A DNA stretch of 64,000 nucleotides, taken from NCBI GenBank assembly GCA_963675595.2, contig CAXXLZ010000002.1, positions 2,880,001-2,944,000 on the forward strand, in the 5' to 3' direction. The number at the start of each line of letters is the position of its first letter. The first letter of the stretch is position 1. Shown here piece after piece: positions 61,607 through 64,000 of the stretch. Position numbers and translations under genes: made by a program. Origin of the DNA: Thermodesulfobacteriota bacterium. GTDB lineage: Bacteria > Desulfobacterota > Desulfarculia > JACQYL01. The notes beneath the pieces were generated by a model. That model was not told where the DNA came from. It did no database searches and worked only from the letters and a program-made list of their open reading frames with translations.

Positions 61607-61783
61607 CCAAACTCGCCTGATATCCCATTAGAGACGGATTCGATCCGAGACCGCTCTTGCGGCTTCGGTTCGAACCCGTCAAAGGAAACCTGGAAAGATC
61701 CGTGGATGGCGGCCCCCTATCGGCAGCGGATCGCTTCCGTGTCCGATGCTTTTCATAACAGCCACCGGAAGACTTGGAAATCT

Positions 61784-64000
61784 TTACTTCTCCCGGATCT
61801 CGAGAGTTACGCGCAAAGTGCCGTATTCGGCTTCCGAAGCGTGCGTTTCCGTTTGAATCCCGGTCAGCGAATCGAGAATGCACAAGTCCTGCTTCTCCGA
61901 TCCCGGACTCTCCACAATGGTCAACGCGGTCACCGTTCCGAAACGATTCACCAGCACCTTGAATTTAAAAGTGCCCGCACGACTCACGCACCGCTTTGCC
62001 ACGGAAACCACTTTTTCGCGAACGGCTTCCTCAAGAGCTTTGGTATCCGTCAAATCCTCGGCCTCGAATCCGAACTTGAAATCAAAGGCTTTCTTTTCCG
62101 GCTCCACCGGCTTCGCTTCTTCCACCTCCGCGCGAGGTGCTTCTTCGGCCAGGGCCGTCCGGTAACGGGCTCCCGTGGGCATGGGAGCCGCGGCGGCATA
62201 AGACGAACCCGGTAGGGCGGTGTCGGGCACGCCCTCGGGCAAAGGCAAGGGTTGCCGCACCGTGACTACTTCTCCGGTTTCATTCGCCACGTGGGTATCC
62301 ACCGCCACGAAAGAAGTGAAATCCGTGAGAAAATGATAGCAGAGCCCCAGGTTGGTAATGGCTGCCTCGAGGGACGCATCCTCGGGCAGCATGGTCCGTT
62401 GGTCCCCCAGTAACTCGACCCACTTCCTGGCCCAAAGCACGGCCAAAGGCGCATTCGAGGTTTCGGAGGATGCCGGTTGAATCGGCAGGGTTTCCACGTA
62501 GGGTTTTTTCCCTGTGGAGCCTGTGATGCGGATTCGGCCCGCCTGGTTTCCCTTCATGCGACCGAGCAGCAGCAAAGGACGGGCGGCCAACAAGTCCGGA
62601 AGGACTTGAGGCACCACATCGTAGGCTTCCATCCCCTCGAAGGACGCCTTGATATCGGTGAGCACCGGAGTATCGATGTACCTGCGAAAGCGGTCCGCCT
62701 CCTTGCCGGCCAGATCGGATCTCAGCACCACGAAAGGCTCTCCCTGCCCCGCCCGGGCCATGCCCTCGATGAGGGCCCGGTTTACGCTGACTCCGATGCC
62801 GAAGGCGAAAAGGTTGGACTCGTTGAGCCGCTCTCGGATGAATTGAAACGAGCGATTCTCGACCCCCACGAACCCATCCGTGATCACTACCACGGTCCGA
62901 GTCGCGGCATTCTCTCCTTCCGGCTTTGGGATGCCGTAAGCCTGCTCGAGACCCGTCATGAGCTCCGTGCCGCCGCCCCCCGCCTGCTTTCCTATGAGGT
63001 TCACCGCCTCTCGAATATTCTCCTCGGTAGCCGGAACGGAACCCGCGGGATGCATCACCTGCGAAGCACCCGCGAACAACACCACATTGAGCAGATCGGA
63101 CCGCTTCAGGTCGGAAAGAAGTCGTTCCATCAAGCTTTTTGCCGTGTCCAAGGGAAAGCCCCTCATGGAACCTGAGACATCCACCAAAAAAATGAACTCC
63201 CGGTCTGGAATCGGCAAGGTGGTAGCCCGCAACGGAGGTTCGATCATTACCATGAACCAGCCTCCATCGGGACCTTGGACGGTCGAAACCCCGGTTTCGA
63301 TGCGGTCCCCGGCGAGACGGTATCGAAGAATGAAGTCTTTGTTCCCGCCGTGCTTCTGATCCAGACGGATGACCGCGCTTTGCCTGGATTCGAAAAAAGC
63401 GGACACTTTGTGGGACGGAGAACCGATTTCTTTGATGGGAATCGAGGTTGCCAGCCGCACGCGAATGTCGAACTGATAGGGCTCCGGTTCCCCGGATTTG
63501 AGGTAGGGATTGGAGATCCAACGGTCTTTCAACGGATCCGCCCCACCACCGTAGCGTGGTCCCACCACCGCGGGAAACACGAATTCATATTGGGCGTTTT
63601 CCGGCACCAGAATCTCCGAATACTCCAGTTGCACCTCGATGCGGTCCCCGGGCATGATGTTCGCCACATTCATGGTAAAGACGTTGCTGCGTTCCTGTTC
63701 CAGCAACGAAGCCCGTTTCCCGGCCTCCTTGGCCTCCTCGTATTGTTTGCGAGCCTGAGCCCGTTTATCGATCACCGCCTCTATCGTTCGTTCCCCGATC
63801 CTCATTCTCATGCCGTGGACCGCGGCCCGCGTCGAGGCGGGAAACACATATACGGCTTCGATGGGTTTTTTCCCCGTGTTCTCGAACACCTGGAAGATTC
63901 GCACCCCGGCAATGACTCCCAGGATATCCGCCTCCACGCGGGTTTCCTTCATGGGAAGACGTTCGGTATCCGAATCTTCGCCGGGGACGAAGAAGTAGGG
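61784..64000 (-). CDS. VIT + von Willebrand A domain protein, 5' end outside the window
   Basis: Frame open to the edge (PYFFVPG...LPMKET); IEAVYVFP, AVVGPRY, DVSGSM MIDAS, GGGTE, ITDG, FTSFVAVD. Confidence 0.93.
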   Translation of the reverse strand, partial: PYFFVPGEDSDTERLPMKETRVEADILGVIAGVRIFQVFENTGKKPIEAVYVFPASTRAAVHGMRMRIGERTIEAVIDKRAQARKQYEEAKEAGKRASLLEQERSNVFTMNVANIMPGDRIEVQLEYSEILVPENAQYEFVFPAVVGPRYGGGADPLKDRWISNPYLKSGEPEPYQFDIRVRLATSIPIKEIGSPSHKVSAFFESRQSAVIRLDQKHGGNKDFILRYRLAGDRIETGVSTVQGPDGGWFMVMIEPPLRATTLPIPDREFIFLVDVSGSMRGFPLDTAKSLMERLLSDLKRSDLLNVVLFAGASQVMHPAGSVPATEENIREAVNLIGKQAGGGGTELMTGLEQAYGIPKPEGENAATRTVVVITDGFVGVENRSFQFIRERLNESNLFAFGIGVSVNRALIEGMARAGQGEPFVVLRSDLAGKEADRFRRYIDTPVLTDIKASFEGMEAYDVVPQVLPDLLAARPLLLLGRMKGNQAGRIRITGSTGKKPYVETLPIQPASSETSNAPLAVLWARKWVELLGDQRTMLPEDASLEAAITNLGLCYHFLTDFTSFVAVDTHVANETGEVVTVRQPLPLPEGVPDTALPGSSYAAAAPMPTGARYRTALAEEAPRAEVEEAKPVEPEKKAFDFKFGFEAEDLTDTKALEEAVREKVVSVAKRCVSRAGTFKFKVLVNRFGTVTALTIVESPGSEKQDLCILDSLTGIQTETHASEAEYGTLRVTLEIREK

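Overview
GC-rich bacterial DNA whose gene content and repeat elements suggest Desulfobacterota (formerly deltaproteobacteria); the taxonomy is an inference. Positions 1-13.6 kb are mostly housekeeping: pdxA 3' end, uvrA, an AcsE-like pterin-binding protein, a stand-alone EF-G paralogue, radC, a pgsA-like gene, two Hsp20 genes and tRNA-Pro(GGG). After the tRNA comes about 50 kb of accessory-looking DNA with no integrase, dominated by surface or secreted proteins and four sensory systems. It holds two divergent IPTL-CTERM-type surface-protein genes, one broken by a single TAA, separated by five tandem 24-bp palindromic repeats. A minus-strand cluster follows: lipoprotein, Tat sulfatase, anaerobic sulfatase maturase, RND pump, DUF3313, a lipoprotein resembling beta-pore-forming cytolysins, and an S9 peptidase. 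There are two complete IS elements with visible inverted repeats and target duplications, one of which splits a BaeS-like kinase. Bae-like and Cpx-like systems have phased operator arrays facing DUF1566/arylsulfotransferase genes and an EF-hand gene. MITE-like repeats and a truncated VIT-vWA gene end the window. All family assignments come from recognising motifs by eye; no database searches were run.
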